A stretch of DNA of 63,786 nucleotides, the filler included, from Octopus bimaculoides (Eukaryota): assembly GCF_001194135.2 (NCBI RefSeq). It is 5 parts of 4 records of this genome, joined end to end, with 100 filler letters (N's around TTAATTAATTAA, not from the genome) between each part and the next. Parts side by side here need not be neighbours in the genome. Positions count along the whole stretch, not along the records: positions 8,541 to 28,035 come from NC_069001.1; 4 more parts are not named here. One strand, 5' to 3'. Under the pieces are notes generated by a model. It saw nothing but the letters and a program-made list of their open reading frames with translations, was not told where the DNA came from and did not search any database. Position 1 is the first letter of the stretch. The number at the start of each line of letters is the position of its first letter. Below, one piece after another: positions 10,703 through 22,291 of the stretch. A program made the translations under genes and the position numbers.

Positions 10703-13164
10703 AATAATAATAATAATAATAATNNNNNNNNNNNNNNNNNNNNNNNNNNNNNNNNNNNNNNNNNNNNNNNNNNNNNNNNNNNNNNNNNNNNNNNNNNNNN
10801 NNNNNNNNNNNNNNNNNNNNNNNNNNNNNNNNNNNNNNNNNNNNNNNNNNNNNNNNNNNNNNNNNNNNNNNNNNNNNNNNNNNNNNNNNNNNNNNNNNNN
10901 NNNNNNNNNNNNNNNNNNNNNNNNNNNNNNNNNNNNNNNNNNNNNNNNNNNNNNNNNNNNNNNNNNNNNNNNNNNNNNNNNNNNNNNNNNNNNNNNNNNN
11001 NNNNNNNNNNNNNNNNNNNNNNNNNNNNNNNNNNNNNNNNNNNNNNNNNNNNNNNNNNNNNNNNNNNNNNNNNNNNNNNNNNNNNNNNNNNNNNNNNNNN
11101 NNNNNNNNNNNNNNNNNNNNNNNNNNNNNNNNNNNNNNNNNNNNNNNNNNNNNNNNNNNNNNNNNNNNNNNNNNNNNNNNNNNNNNNNNNNNNNNNNNNN
11201 NNNNNNNNNNNNNNNNNNNNNNNNNNNNNNNNNNNNNNNNNNNNNNNNNNNNNNNNNNNNNNNNNNNNNNNNNNNNNNNNNNNNNNNNNNNNNNNNNNNN
11301 NNNNNNNNNNNNNNNNNNNNNNNNNNNNNNNNNNNNNNNNNNNNNNNNNNNNNNNNNNNNNNNNNNNNNNNNNNNNNNNNNNNNNNNNNNNNNNNNNNNN
11401 NNNNNNNNNNNNNNNNNNNNNNNNNNNNNNNNNNNNNNNNNNNNNNNNNNNNNNNNNNNNNNNNNNNNNNNNNNNNNNNNNNNNNNNNNNNNNNNNNNNN
11501 NNNNNNNNNNNNNNNNNNNNNNNNNGCCCACCCCTCTCCTCTGGACCTCTCCCCCCACGCCTCCCTGTAATTCTCCGTGTATCTGCTCCACACACACACA
11601 AAAGACTGATGAGGGATAGCAGGAGGGGATCGTACGGCATCGATAGAGAGACATGTATAAAGTGAGTGAAGAGAAGACGTGAGAGGAAGGTAAATAAAAA
11701 AGCAGAGATAAAGAGAGAGAGTGTGTGTGTGTGTGCGTGTGAGAGAGAGAGATGGCATGGAAAGATAACGAGGTGAGAAGGAGACACAGAAAGTGAGTGA
11801 AGGAGAGAAAGAAAGATATAGAAGTGAGAGAGGGCAAGTGAAAGGGAAATATAGAAGTGAGTAAGAGAGAGAGAGACAGACAGACAGACAGAAATAATGA
11901 GGGAGAAAGAGCGAGACAAAAATATAGAAGTGATATAAAAGAGAGAGAAGGCAATAAAGAAAGACAGAAAAAGAGAGAGAGAGAGAGACAGAGACAGAGA
12001 AATGTAGAACTGATAGAAGGAGAGAGGGAAAATATAGACGAGAGAGAAAGCAATAGAGAAAGATAGAGAGAGACACAGAGAGAAATAAGGGGAAGTGATA
12101 GAGTGGATGAAAACGAAAAGAAGAAAAAAAGAAAGGAAACTCCAAGCTGAGTTTTAGCAATGCTATTATCCAAACTAGTCGTTGCACGCCTTATAATGAG
12201 TTGCTGTTAATATCTTCTACGTCTGCTTACTATAATAGTTTAAATACACTCTCTCACGTATTTATAAACACCTACAGACACATATACACACTTATCTATC
12301 TATATACACATACAAGTACATACACAAATACACATATATATACCTACACAAACACACATTCGTACATAGATTCATATATATATATATATATATGTATATA
12401 GATCCGTGTGTGGTGTGTTAATTATGCTAATATAACAAGTACTTATTTTTGCTTTTTATCTATCTCTGCATCATCATCTTCGCCAACTTCCATTAAGAAA
12501 CCGTTTTTGTGCCATTCGCTCTGAAATTCCTTCCTACCCTGATTAGCTGTGAATGCTGGAGAAATGAAAGGGAAGTATATATTTGTTAATCTACTTAACT
12601 AAGCCTGTTTAGCACCTTAAAACTAACCTAAAACTCTCTGAACGATTGCCAAAGGTGAAGAAATAATAGAAAACGGAACAAGATACTTCGACATAATCAT
12701 TTACAATAAGTTCTTATTCCCACAACAAACTATAAAACCTGGACTGCTTTGCTATGTTTTATTACACAAGCGAGATAATGATTAGACTATTAATTATACC
12801 CTGGTTTTAACTGACATTAACTCTAACAAACAGCAGGACCAACACTTTCAGGAACAACAATTACATTTACGACGCAGTGAAGTAATTTCGCGCGTTTACA
12901 TGGCTTGCTAGAAACAGCAGTCAAATCACAGCCAACCACCATTAAGAGAAAACAAAATATAATATATATATATATGTATATATATGTATAACAAATGAAC
13001 CTTCAGAAGAAATAAAACGGGAGTACATTGAGTTATGTAGTCCCGGATGAATATTGCTTGAAACAAACAAAAACAAGACGGGACCGGGACACTCACCACT
13101 TGCACCTTTGATCATCATAGGTCTGTCTTGTTCAACTCAGAACTGAGCTAAACGATAACAACAA

Positions 13165-13200
<36 letters not shown>

Positions 13201-13667
13201 CTACTAATGATATTTGTAATTAGTATAGCTTGCTTTTATTAATTACAAATACGACTAACGGAGGAGAGAGGTCGATGACAAAAGGAGTTAAAATAACGAA
13301 AAACCAAATTCTACATTGAAAAACAAACTCAGGACAAATATAGACACAGATAATAATAAAAAAAAAACGGTTTCTTTTCAACTATAAATACAATCTATAG
13401 TGTTTATACAAAGTATATACATATATATAATTATATATATTATGCCATGCTTTGCTGCAGAAGGATAATATAACGGCTGTGGAAGATATACATTGTATAT
13501 ATTTGAATCCTATTTCGTATCTACGTACATATGATCAGCACCTATCGTCAATACAAAGGTATTTTATATCACAGGTATGCTATTATAGATTGTCTTTTTA
13601 TCTCTTATGTTTATCGATGTTTATTTATCTATATACGCGTGTCTGCATATGTATTATAAGTGTCAGT

Positions 13668-13707
<40 letters not shown>

Positions 13708-13751
13708 GAGCGTGATGTTTTTGTGTAAGCATGTTTTATGCTATGTAAGCC

Positions 13752-13784
<33 letters not shown>

Positions 13785-14639
13785 ATATATNNNNNNNNNN
13801 NNNNNNNNNNNNNNNNNNNNNNNNNNNNNNNNNNNNNNNNNNNNNNNNNNNNNNNNNNNNNNNNNNNNNNNNNNNNNNNNNNNNNNNNNNNNNNNNNNNN
13901 NNNNNNNNNNNNNNNNNNNNNNNNNNNNNNNNNNNNNNNNNNNNNNNNNNNNNNNNNNNNNNNNNNNNNNNNNNNNNNNNNNNNNNNNNNNNNNNNNNNN
14001 NNNNNNNNNNNNNNNNNNNNNNNNNNNNNNNNNNNNNNNNNNNNNNNNNNNNNNNNNNNNNNNNNNNNNNNNNNNNNNNNNNNNNNNNNNNNNNNNNNNN
14101 NNNNNNNNNNNNNNNNNNNNNNNNNNNNNNNNNNNNNNNNNNNNNNNNNNNNNNNNNNNNNNNNNNNNNNNNNNNNNNNNNNNNNNNNNNNNNNNNNNNN
14201 NNNNNNNNNNNNNNNNNNNNNNNNNNNNNNNNNNNNNNNNNNNNNNNNNNNNNNNNNNNNNNNNNNNNNNNNNNNNNNNNNNNNNNNNNNNNNNNNNNNN
14301 NNNNNNNNNNNNNNNNNNNNNNNNNNNNNNNNNNNNNNNNNNNNNNNNNNNNNNNNNNNNNNNNNNNNNNNNNNNNNNNNNNNNNNNNNNNNNNNNNNNN
14401 NNNNNNNNNNNNNNNNNNNNNNNNNNNNNNNNNNNNNNNNNNNNNNNNNNNNNNNNNNNNNNNNNNNNNNNNNNNNNNNNNNNNNNNNNNNNNNNNNNNN
14501 NNNNNNNNNNNNNNNNNNNNNNNNNNNNNNNNNNNNNNNNNNNNNNNNNNNNNNNNNNNNNNNNNNNNNNNNNNNNNNNNNNNNNNNNNNNNNNNNNNNN
14601 NNNNNNNNNNNNNNAACACACACATACACACACACGTGA

Positions 14640-14790
14640 GATACTTTCAGTTTACTAAATCCACTCATATGGCTTTGATCGGCCCAGGGCTATAGTAAAG
14701 AGAGACTGGCCAAGATACCACGCAATGGAACTGAACACAAGACCACAGTTTGGCAAACAAACGTCTTAAGCCCAAAGCTACACCTATACC
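14640..14790 (-). mobile_element. SINE family A 5' half, old
   Basis: TTTCAGTTT...AAATCCACTCA...GCTTTG...GGAACTGAAC. Confidence 0.7.
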
Positions 14791-14816
14791 TAATTAAATT
14801 CAAGATTAAGATTCCA

Positions 14817-14857
<41 letters not shown>

Positions 14858-15175
14858 CTTTCTTTCTTTAACGACCCCAGAATAATGAGAACAAACTTAA
14901 CTGCAGAGCTATTTGAACCCTGATCTAAATAACCGTATTTAAATTTGCCCGATATCTATGATGATTTTGTAATCCATTGATAACCGATTAAATTGATCTC
15001 AATACTTGACTGGTACTTAATCGATTTTGGCAAAAATTATTCCGTACATGTGCATGTAACTTCGCTTCTGTGTGTGTATGTCTGCAAATGTAATAAGTAT
15101 TCTTCGAGTTTGTTTTCATTCTCCCTGGCTGTCTTTTAAATGTTTGTTTGTGTGTACATACACTCATGGAAACAC

Positions 15176-15588
15176 ACTCTTTTACTCTTTTACTTGTTTC
15201 AGTCATTTGACTGTGGCCATGCTGGAGCACCACCTTTTAATCGAGCTAATCGACTCCAGGACTTATTCTTTGTAAGCCTAGTACTTATTCTATCGGTCTG
15301 TTTTGCCGAACCGCTAAGTTACGGGAGACGTAAACACACCAGCATCGGTTGTCAAGCGATGTTGGGGTGACAAGCACAGACACACAAACATATATACACA
15401 CACGTACACATATATACATATATACGACGGGCTTCTTTCAGTTTCCGTCTACCCAATCCACTCACAAGGCTTTGGTCGGCCCGAGGCTGTAGTAGAAGAC
15501 ACTTGCCCAAGGTGCTACGCAGTGGGACTGAACCCAGAACCATGTGGTTGGTAAGCAAGCTACTTACCACACAGCCACTCCTACGCCT
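15176..15588 (-). mobile_element. SINE family A, full length, ungapped (best reference copy)
   Basis: Head, CORE-like block, internal (TA/CA)n, right arm and tail all present. Confidence 0.9.
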
Positions 15589-15646
15589 CACAAACACACA
15601 CATACACATACACACTCTCTCTTTCTCTCACACACACACACATGTG

Positions 15647-16024
15647 CACGAGAGGGTGCTGAAAAGTTCCTGGTTTGGGTAAGAGAAAACACAGGATGAT
15701 CAGTTAATTATGATTTTATTCAACATATTTCCCTCTCAGATTCACTCACTTATTGCAGAGGTCCTTCAGTTTTTCTAAGCCCCGTAAAAGAACTTGGAAG
15801 GCTGGAATTCCAACCAGGTTTTTCGCGACACCCTTAAAACCAGGAATTTTGGTAAATTTTCAGATTAACACCCGCACGATTTTCACTAGGGTGTTAGGGT
15901 TAGGGTTTTAGGAGCCGGGTTAGGATTAGGGTTAGGGTTTAGGGTTACGGTTAGGGTTAGGGACGGAATTAACGTGCGGGTGTTAATCTGAAAGTTTACC
16001 GGAATTTTTCAGGGTCTCCTCGTA
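15647..16024. mobile_element. Mariner-type MITE hosting a nested insertion in its right TIR
   Basis: Left end CACGAGAGGGTGCTGAAAAGTTCCTGGT versus the reverse complement of the reconstructed right end TACGAGGAGACCCTGAAAAATTCCTGGT; ends in TA. Confidence 0.7.
15851..16000. mobile_element. 150-bp MITE with 28-bp TIRs, 8-bp TSD and (TTAGGG)n interior (Merlin-like)
   Basis: TIR GGTAAATTTTCAGATTAACACCCGCACG, 1 mismatch with the right end; TSD GGAATTTT at 15843-15850 and 16001-16008. Confidence 0.9.
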
Positions 16025-16109
16025 GATTGTTTCTCGTTCTATGTGGAGGTGAGTTTAGAGATCTGTGTGTGTGTGTGTGTCTTTTTTCTTGTTCCATTCA
16101 CTGGGTCGT

Positions 16110-16537
16110 ATCCGTGCTGGGACACTACCTTGAAGGGTTTAGCTGAACAATTCGACCTCGACCTCGGTACTTCTATCGTTCTCCTTTTGCCAATCAACCG
16201 TCATGTTACGGAGACGTAAACAAACCAACACCAGTTATCAAGCGGTGTGGAGGGAAACGAACATCAAGAAACACAAACACACATTTATATAGATGTGTGT
16301 GTGTATGTTTGTTTATGTTTCTCTCACCCCCACCCCCAGTGCTTGTTAACCGATGCTGGTTTGTATATGTATGTATGACGGGCTTCTTTCAGTTTCCGTC
16401 TACTAAATCCCCACGGAAGGTCTTGGTCGGCCCGAGGCTATAGCAGAAGACATTTGCCCTAAGTACCATGCAGTTGGACAGAACCCGGAACCATGCGGTT
16501 GGGCAGCAAGCTTACCACACAGTCACGGCTGCGCCTA
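16110..16537 (-). mobile_element. SINE family A, diverged, with internal rearrangement
   Basis: Left arm 16375-16537; right-arm sequence appears twice (about 16190-16260 and 16330-16360). Confidence 0.75.
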
Positions 16538-17099
16538 TAAAGTGTGTGTGTGGAGGGGGGGGTTATGGTTTGTAAATTCGTGTATGGAGATGAGTGTAGA
16601 ATTCGTTCGGTCCACTAAATTAGATTGCTTGATCTGTATTCGTTCTTTAACGCCAATATTTGACCGCGAGGACAAACAATTCTCAAGGGACCCACAAAAA
16701 GCTTATGGGCGCTGGCCTTCATCTTATGTAAACCATGAAATAAACTAAAATTTGCATTGACATTTCATTAGACGCTTGGATAATGAGAGAGAGAGACAGA
16801 CAGACAGAGTGTGTGCGTGTGTGTGTGAAAACGCTGTTGATTATGTATCGAAGTATCAATTTAATGTTTGGACAGTGTGATCATGTTTGATCAATTAACC
16901 TGTAAGAAGTGTGTGTGTGTGTGTATTCATTTCCCAGATCTTTCGTATCACCGATATTTGCTGTTACACTCGCGCTAAAGACCTTGAGGTTATCTTGTAC
17001 TTGAACGACGTCAACTGAAACAAAGTTCTGATGTAATGGATGTGTGTGTGTGTGTGTGTGTGTCTTTTATCTTTATATTATATTTCATTTTTTTTTTAG

Positions 17100-17390
17100 A
17101 CCAGGCACTTTTTCTTTCGGTCTCCTTTACTGAGCCGCTAGGGGACACATACACACTAACACCGGTTGTCAAGCAGTGGTAGAGGGCAAACACAGGCACA
17201 AAGTCAAGTCACACACACACACACACACACACATACATGTGCCTGCGTGTGTACTTATATTTATATATGACTGACTTCTTTCAGTTTCCGTCTACCAAAT
17301 CCACGCTTGCCCATAGTGCCACGCTGTGAGACTGAACCCGGAGCCATGTGGCCAAGAAGCAAACTTCTCACCACACACTTATACCTGTAT
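17100..17390 (-). mobile_element. SINE family A, diverged
   Basis: Both arms recognisable around (CA)n. Confidence 0.75.
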
Positions 17391-17939
17391 GTGCATATAT
17401 GTAATGTATGAAACTTACTTGGAAAAGGATGCGTGGCGTTCGATGATATAATATAATAATATATAAATATATGCATATATCCATATATATATGTACACAC
17501 CTACATCTATATCTATACATACATGCATATATGGGTACAGGACATGTTAAACACAATGAGAAAGGAAAACAGAAAACGAACTTTTTCGAACAACGTATAA
17601 AACAAACAGAGAAACGAAACATGCAACATAAGGAGTATACCCCTTCGTCAGTTGTCCCTGTTCCAATGTATATGTATATATGTATGTGTGTCTGCATACA
17701 CATATTTAATTCTATGTATGTGTATATGGTTAATTATACGTAAGTGAACGTATCTGTATGTATTTGGAAATATATATATATATATAAATACACACACACA
17801 CATGCACGTGCGCGTTGTTTTAACAAAACAAGAGAAAAGAATATTGAATACAGTAGCAATAAATGTGAAATTTCTCAGAGGTTAACAATAACAGTTCAGA
17901 AAACGTGTGTCGATCTACATGATATTTGTATAACATATA

Positions 17940-18092
17940 TACGACGGGCTTCTTTCAGTTTCTGTTTACCAAATCCACTCACAAGGCTTTGGTCGTCCCG
18001 AGGCTATAGTAAAAGATATTTGCCCAAGGTGCCACGAAGTGGGACTGAACCCGGAACCATGTGGTTGGTAAGCAAGCTACTTACCACAAAGC
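17940..18092 (-). mobile_element. SINE family A 5' half
   Basis: Near-consensus left arm. Confidence 0.85.
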
Positions 18093-18333
18093 CTACAAAT
18101 TTTGACAACAAATTAAAAATTATTCCTTTTCGTTATATGGGTTCATAAAAAGTAAAACAAAACAAAACATGATTAGATTATATTATTGCTAATAGATTTT
18201 CGATTTATAGCTCTTTTAGATGCAGTTTTGTATNNNNNNNNNNNNNNNNNNNNNNNNNNNNNNNNNNNNNNNNNNNNNNNNNNNNNNNNNNNNNNNNNNN
18301 NNNNNNNNNNNNNNNNNNNNNNNNNNNNNNNNN

Positions 18334-18367
<34 letters not shown>

Positions 18368-18707
18368 TATATGTATATATATAGACATTACATGGCTAAA
18401 TGTATATTAAATAACATGGAAGCAAAAAACACTTCATTTCTTGAAAATGATCTCTGCTTTCAGAGGTTGTAAGTTCATCTGTTGGCACCACCTCTAATGA
18501 GAAGGGTAGATAACCTGCAGATTCACATTGCTTTTAAATTGTCATTTCATTTATGAGCAAACACCTGAATTGTCTGAAGCATTTGGGACATACTTACATA
18601 TATATGAATATACATATGAATATATATATTTAATAATACGTATGTATATATATATATTTAATTATAGGGATATATAAAGATATATATACATATATATACA
18701 TATATAT

Positions 18708-18748
<41 letters not shown>

Positions 18749-18860
18749 CAGGGTGTCCACAAGGTCTGGGTACATGAAGTAAATAAAATCATAATATAAA
18801 CAATTAAATATAAGAAATAATAATTTCTTAAACCACATTCTCCTAGCAGGCATATTCTGC
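18749..18860. mobile_element. Tc1/mariner-like TIR fragment after (TA)n
   Basis: TA|CAGGGTGTCCAC start; truncated by a SINE; the partner TIR is not seen. Confidence 0.4.
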
Positions 18861-18861
18861 C

Positions 18862-19477
18862 CGTGGCTGTGTGGTAAGTAGCTTGCCTACCAACCACATG
18901 GTTCCGGGTTCAGTCCCACTGCGTGGCACCTTGGGCAAGTGTCTTCTACTATAGCCTCGGGCCGACCAAAGCCTTGTGAGTGGATTTGGTAGACGATAAC
19001 TGAAAGAAGGAAGTCGTATATATGNNNNNNNNNNNNNNNNNNNNNNNNNNNNNNNNNNNNNNNNNNNNNNNNNNNNNNNNNNNNNNNNNNNNNNNNNNNN
19101 NNNNNNNNNNNNNNNNNNNNNNNNNNNNNNNNNNNNNNNNNNNNNNNNNNNNNNNNNNNNNNNNNNNNNNNNNNNNNNNNNNNNNNNNNNNNNNNNNNNN
19201 NNNNNNNNNNNNNNNNNNNNNNNNNNNNNNNNNNNNNNNNNNNNNNNNNNNNNNTATATATATATATATATGGATGTGTGTGTATATGTTTGTCCCCCCA
19301 ACATTGCTTAACAACCAATGCTGGTGTGTTTACGCTCCTGTAACTTAGCAGTTCGGCTAAAGAGACCGATAGAATAAGTACTAGGCTTAAAAATAATAAG
19401 TCCTGGGTTCGATTAGCTCGACTAATGTCGGTGCTCAGCATGGCCGCAGCTAAATGACTGAAACAAGTAAAAGAGTA
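18862..19477 (+). mobile_element. SINE family A, full length, gap at the internal microsatellite
   Basis: Left arm 18862-19020, right arm 19270-19477. Confidence 0.88.
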
Positions 19478-19973
19478 TGGTTACACAGGAGATGTAATAG
19501 AAACACAGGTATATTAACTGTGAACATGTGCTTCATATATGACAGATACAAGGATGCTGTAAAAATTCTGAGCCCACAAGAAATTGATTCTCTTCACAAC
19601 TCAGGTGGATTATTAGAAGCATTTATAGATTTTGTTATCTGTGAGATATAATCAGCAGGAGAAATTGTTGCTTTGAAAGTATAGCATTCAGGGTAAGAAT
19701 AAGCTTGTAAAAGTTATGGGTACTATCAGGGTTTTTTGACGAAGCTTATAAAAGTTGAGGGTACCAGCAGGGTTTTGTGATGAAGCTCATTTGGCCATCA
19801 CTACTGCCGACTGCAGGAGTCCAGGGAACAAGGGCAAACGCAAGTGTGTGTGTGTGTCTGTGTATTATTGCTGGTTGCTGTTTTCAACAGGAGGCAAGTC
19901 GAAGGTTGCTTTAGCAAGTGTTTCATATTCACGCAGTAACTGCAGGCTCGTTGATGATGAAGACAAGCATATA

Positions 19974-20229
19974 TTCTTCTATTTATTTCAGTCATTTGAC
20001 TGTGGCCATGCTGGAGCACCGCCTTTAGCCAAGCAAATCTTATTCTTAGTAATACTGGTACTTATTCTTTGTAAGCCCAGTACTTATTCTTTGTAAGCCT
20101 AGGACTTATTCTTTGTAGGCCTAGTACTTATTCTATCGGTCTCTCTTGCCGAACCGATTACTGATGGGGATGTAAACACACCAGCATCGGTTGTCAAGCG
20201 ATGTTGTGGCGGACAAACACAGACATACA

Positions 20230-20261
<32 letters not shown>

Positions 20262-20430
20262 NNNNNNNNNNNNNNNNNNNNNNNNNNNNNNNNNNNNNNN
20301 NNNNNNNNNNNNNNNNNNNNNNNNNNNNNNNNTTGTAAAAGACACTTGCCCAAGGTGCCACACAGTGGGACTGAACCCAGAACCATGTGGTTGGTAAGCA
20401 AGCTACTTATCACACAGCCACTCCTGCACC
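19974..20430 (-). mobile_element. SINE family A with an expanded 22-bp tail repeat
   Basis: Both arms present; TACTTATTCTTTGTAAGCCYAG about 3.5 times at 20059-20136. Confidence 0.85.
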
Positions 20431-20524
20431 TTCGGATATGCTGAAGAACTAGAAACAAAGTAGCCGAAAAATATGCAATGTAGTATCATTAGATATGAAA
20501 TGAATGATATCTGCTTCATTGTAT

Positions 20525-20800
20525 AGATTGATGGGTAGATTGTATGACACTTGTGTCAGGACTGTAATGCTGCATGGTGGTGAGACAAGGACTTTGAGTG
20601 TAATGGGTGAATACTTGAGCAGACTAGAAAGGAATAAATTTAGTATACTCTGTTGAATATGCATGAATGTTATAGTATAAATGGGCTGAGAGAAAAACTG
20701 GACATAAGGGGAGTCAGATGTAGTCTGCTAGAAAGAAGATTGCTCTGGTATGGACATGTAATGTGTATGGATGAAGACAGCAGTATAAGACATTCCGATA
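20525..20800 (+). mobile_element. RTE-clade RT C-terminal fragment
   Basis: GRLYDTCVRTVMLHGGET...RLERN...LREKLDIRGVRCSLLERRLLWYGHVMCMDED. Confidence 0.8.
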
Positions 20801-20889
20801 AGTAGATTATCTCCCTTGGCTAGGTGGCTCTCCGTGCAAACAATTCTACATCTGCAGACTACCCACGCCATTGTTGTTGTGTGTCATCT

Positions 20890-20995
20890 CATGAATATTA
20901 AGCAGCTCGAGTTAAAGAATTATTTGAGAAGGTCACTGGCAATGTGCATCCAGTTGATTGCAACTGCACTGCAGGGAAAGAGCCTGTCTAATTAT
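20890..20995 (+). pseudogene. SWIM-like zinc-finger remnant (transposon accessory ORF)
   Basis: Translates RVKELFEKVTGNVHPVDCNCTAGK, then AC after a frameshift; resembles the CxCxAG..CxH SWIM motif. Short and disrupted. Confidence 0.4.
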
Positions 20996-21345
20996 TTTGA
21001 CTTTTTTTCCCCCTTGTATAATAAATTGTATTTTTCATGGTTGTAAGGAAATAAATGTATAATTAAAACAATAAATAATAAAAGTTTATAGCATAGACTC
21101 CATCTAAGAATATCTGAAGAAGGAATTGTATTCCGAAATATCATCGGATTATAGATAACTTAATTACAACAAATATATAGTCCATTTTTTTATATTATAG
21201 TGCATCGTTGTACCTTTCAAAACTTTTTATGCTTTACAATAAATAATAAATAAATGAGACTTAATTTTGAATATTTTTTTTTTTATCCCTATCATATTTA
21301 TCAAATACAAATGCACAGTCACATACACATGTCTCCGAAGTTTAT

Positions 21346-21990
21346 CTAATAAACGGATGGCAAGGGGTAATCTGTCGATGGTCCTTTAGATTTGATGAAA
21401 TGCTGGGAGCAAATCTGGCTATTTGCAGTGTAAACAAAGTCTTTCTTTACAAGTCTCCATCTCTGGAACCAAATAAGATGAATAGTGACATTTGCAGGGT
21501 ATCTATGAAGTGAAATAACTTTGCTGTCTACATTCTCCCCTCTATAGTGGAGGCGCAATGGCCCAGTGGTTAGGGCAGCGAACTCGCGGTCATAGGATTG
21601 CGGTTTCGATTCCTAGACCGGGCGTTATGAGTGTTTATTGAGCGAAAACATCTAAAGCTCCATGAGGCTCCGGCAGGGGATGGTGGCGAACCCTGCTGTG
21701 CTCTTTCACCACAACTTTCTCTCACTCTTACTTCCTGTTTCTGTTGTGCCTGTAATTCAATGGGTCAGCCTTGTCACACTCTGTGTCACGCTGAATATCC
21801 CCGAGAAATACGTCAAGGGTGCACTTGTCTGTGGAGTGCTCAGCCACTTGCACGTTAATTTCACGAGCAGGCTGTTTCGTTGATCGGATCAACTGGAACC
21901 TTCGTCGTCATAACCGACGGAGTGCCAACCAATCTCCCCTCTATAATTACTGCATTTACAACAGTATTTTCACGATTTCTTCGGAGACAT
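21346..21990 (-). pseudogene. THAP-domain (C2CH zinc finger) coding remnant split by a SINE
   Basis: Removing 21547-21932 plus one TSD copy joins a single frame: MSPKKS*KYCCKCSNYRGENVDSKVISLHRYPANVTIHLIWFQRWRLVKKDFVYTANSQICSQHFIKSKGPSTDYPLPSVY*. It has the N-terminal Cys pair, HRYP, W, CSQHF and an AVPTIF-like PLPSVY box. Confidence 0.8.
21547..21932 (+). mobile_element. Full-length tRNA-derived SINE (family C) with 13-bp TSD
   Basis: tRNA-like head (TGGCCCAGTGGTTAGG A-box, GGTTTCGATTCC B-box); TSD TCTCCCCTCTATA at 21534-21546 and 21933-21945. Confidence 0.85.
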
Positions 21991-22291
21991 CATATTAACC
22001 GGTCATACACCCTGTGAGTCGTTAGTCTCGCAGAAGTAGAAGCAAATCACATACAGGAGAGAGTTTGAATCAGGGGTGGATAACTACCTTATTGGAATGG
22101 CCCCATAAAGAAATGCCAATCACTTAATGTAGATGGAGCTTGTAGAAAACATGGGATGAAGTGGTGATGGCTGAATCTCAGGACCTTGAACCCTCACAGG
22201 GAAGATAACAAAGGACCAAGATGAATGGCAATATATTGTTCTCTGGAAGACCTGCCTAACTTGATGAAGTACTAAAAGTGGTGTCATCATC

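Noticed and set aside
15885-15962. Chromosome end or fusion scar suggested by TTAGGG repeats
   Set aside because: The repeats are short, degenerate and enclosed by TIRs and a TSD, so they are element-borne.
21547-21620. tRNA-like sequences at SINE heads
   Set aside because: A and B boxes run directly into SINE bodies with no complete cloverleaf, so they are not tRNA genes.
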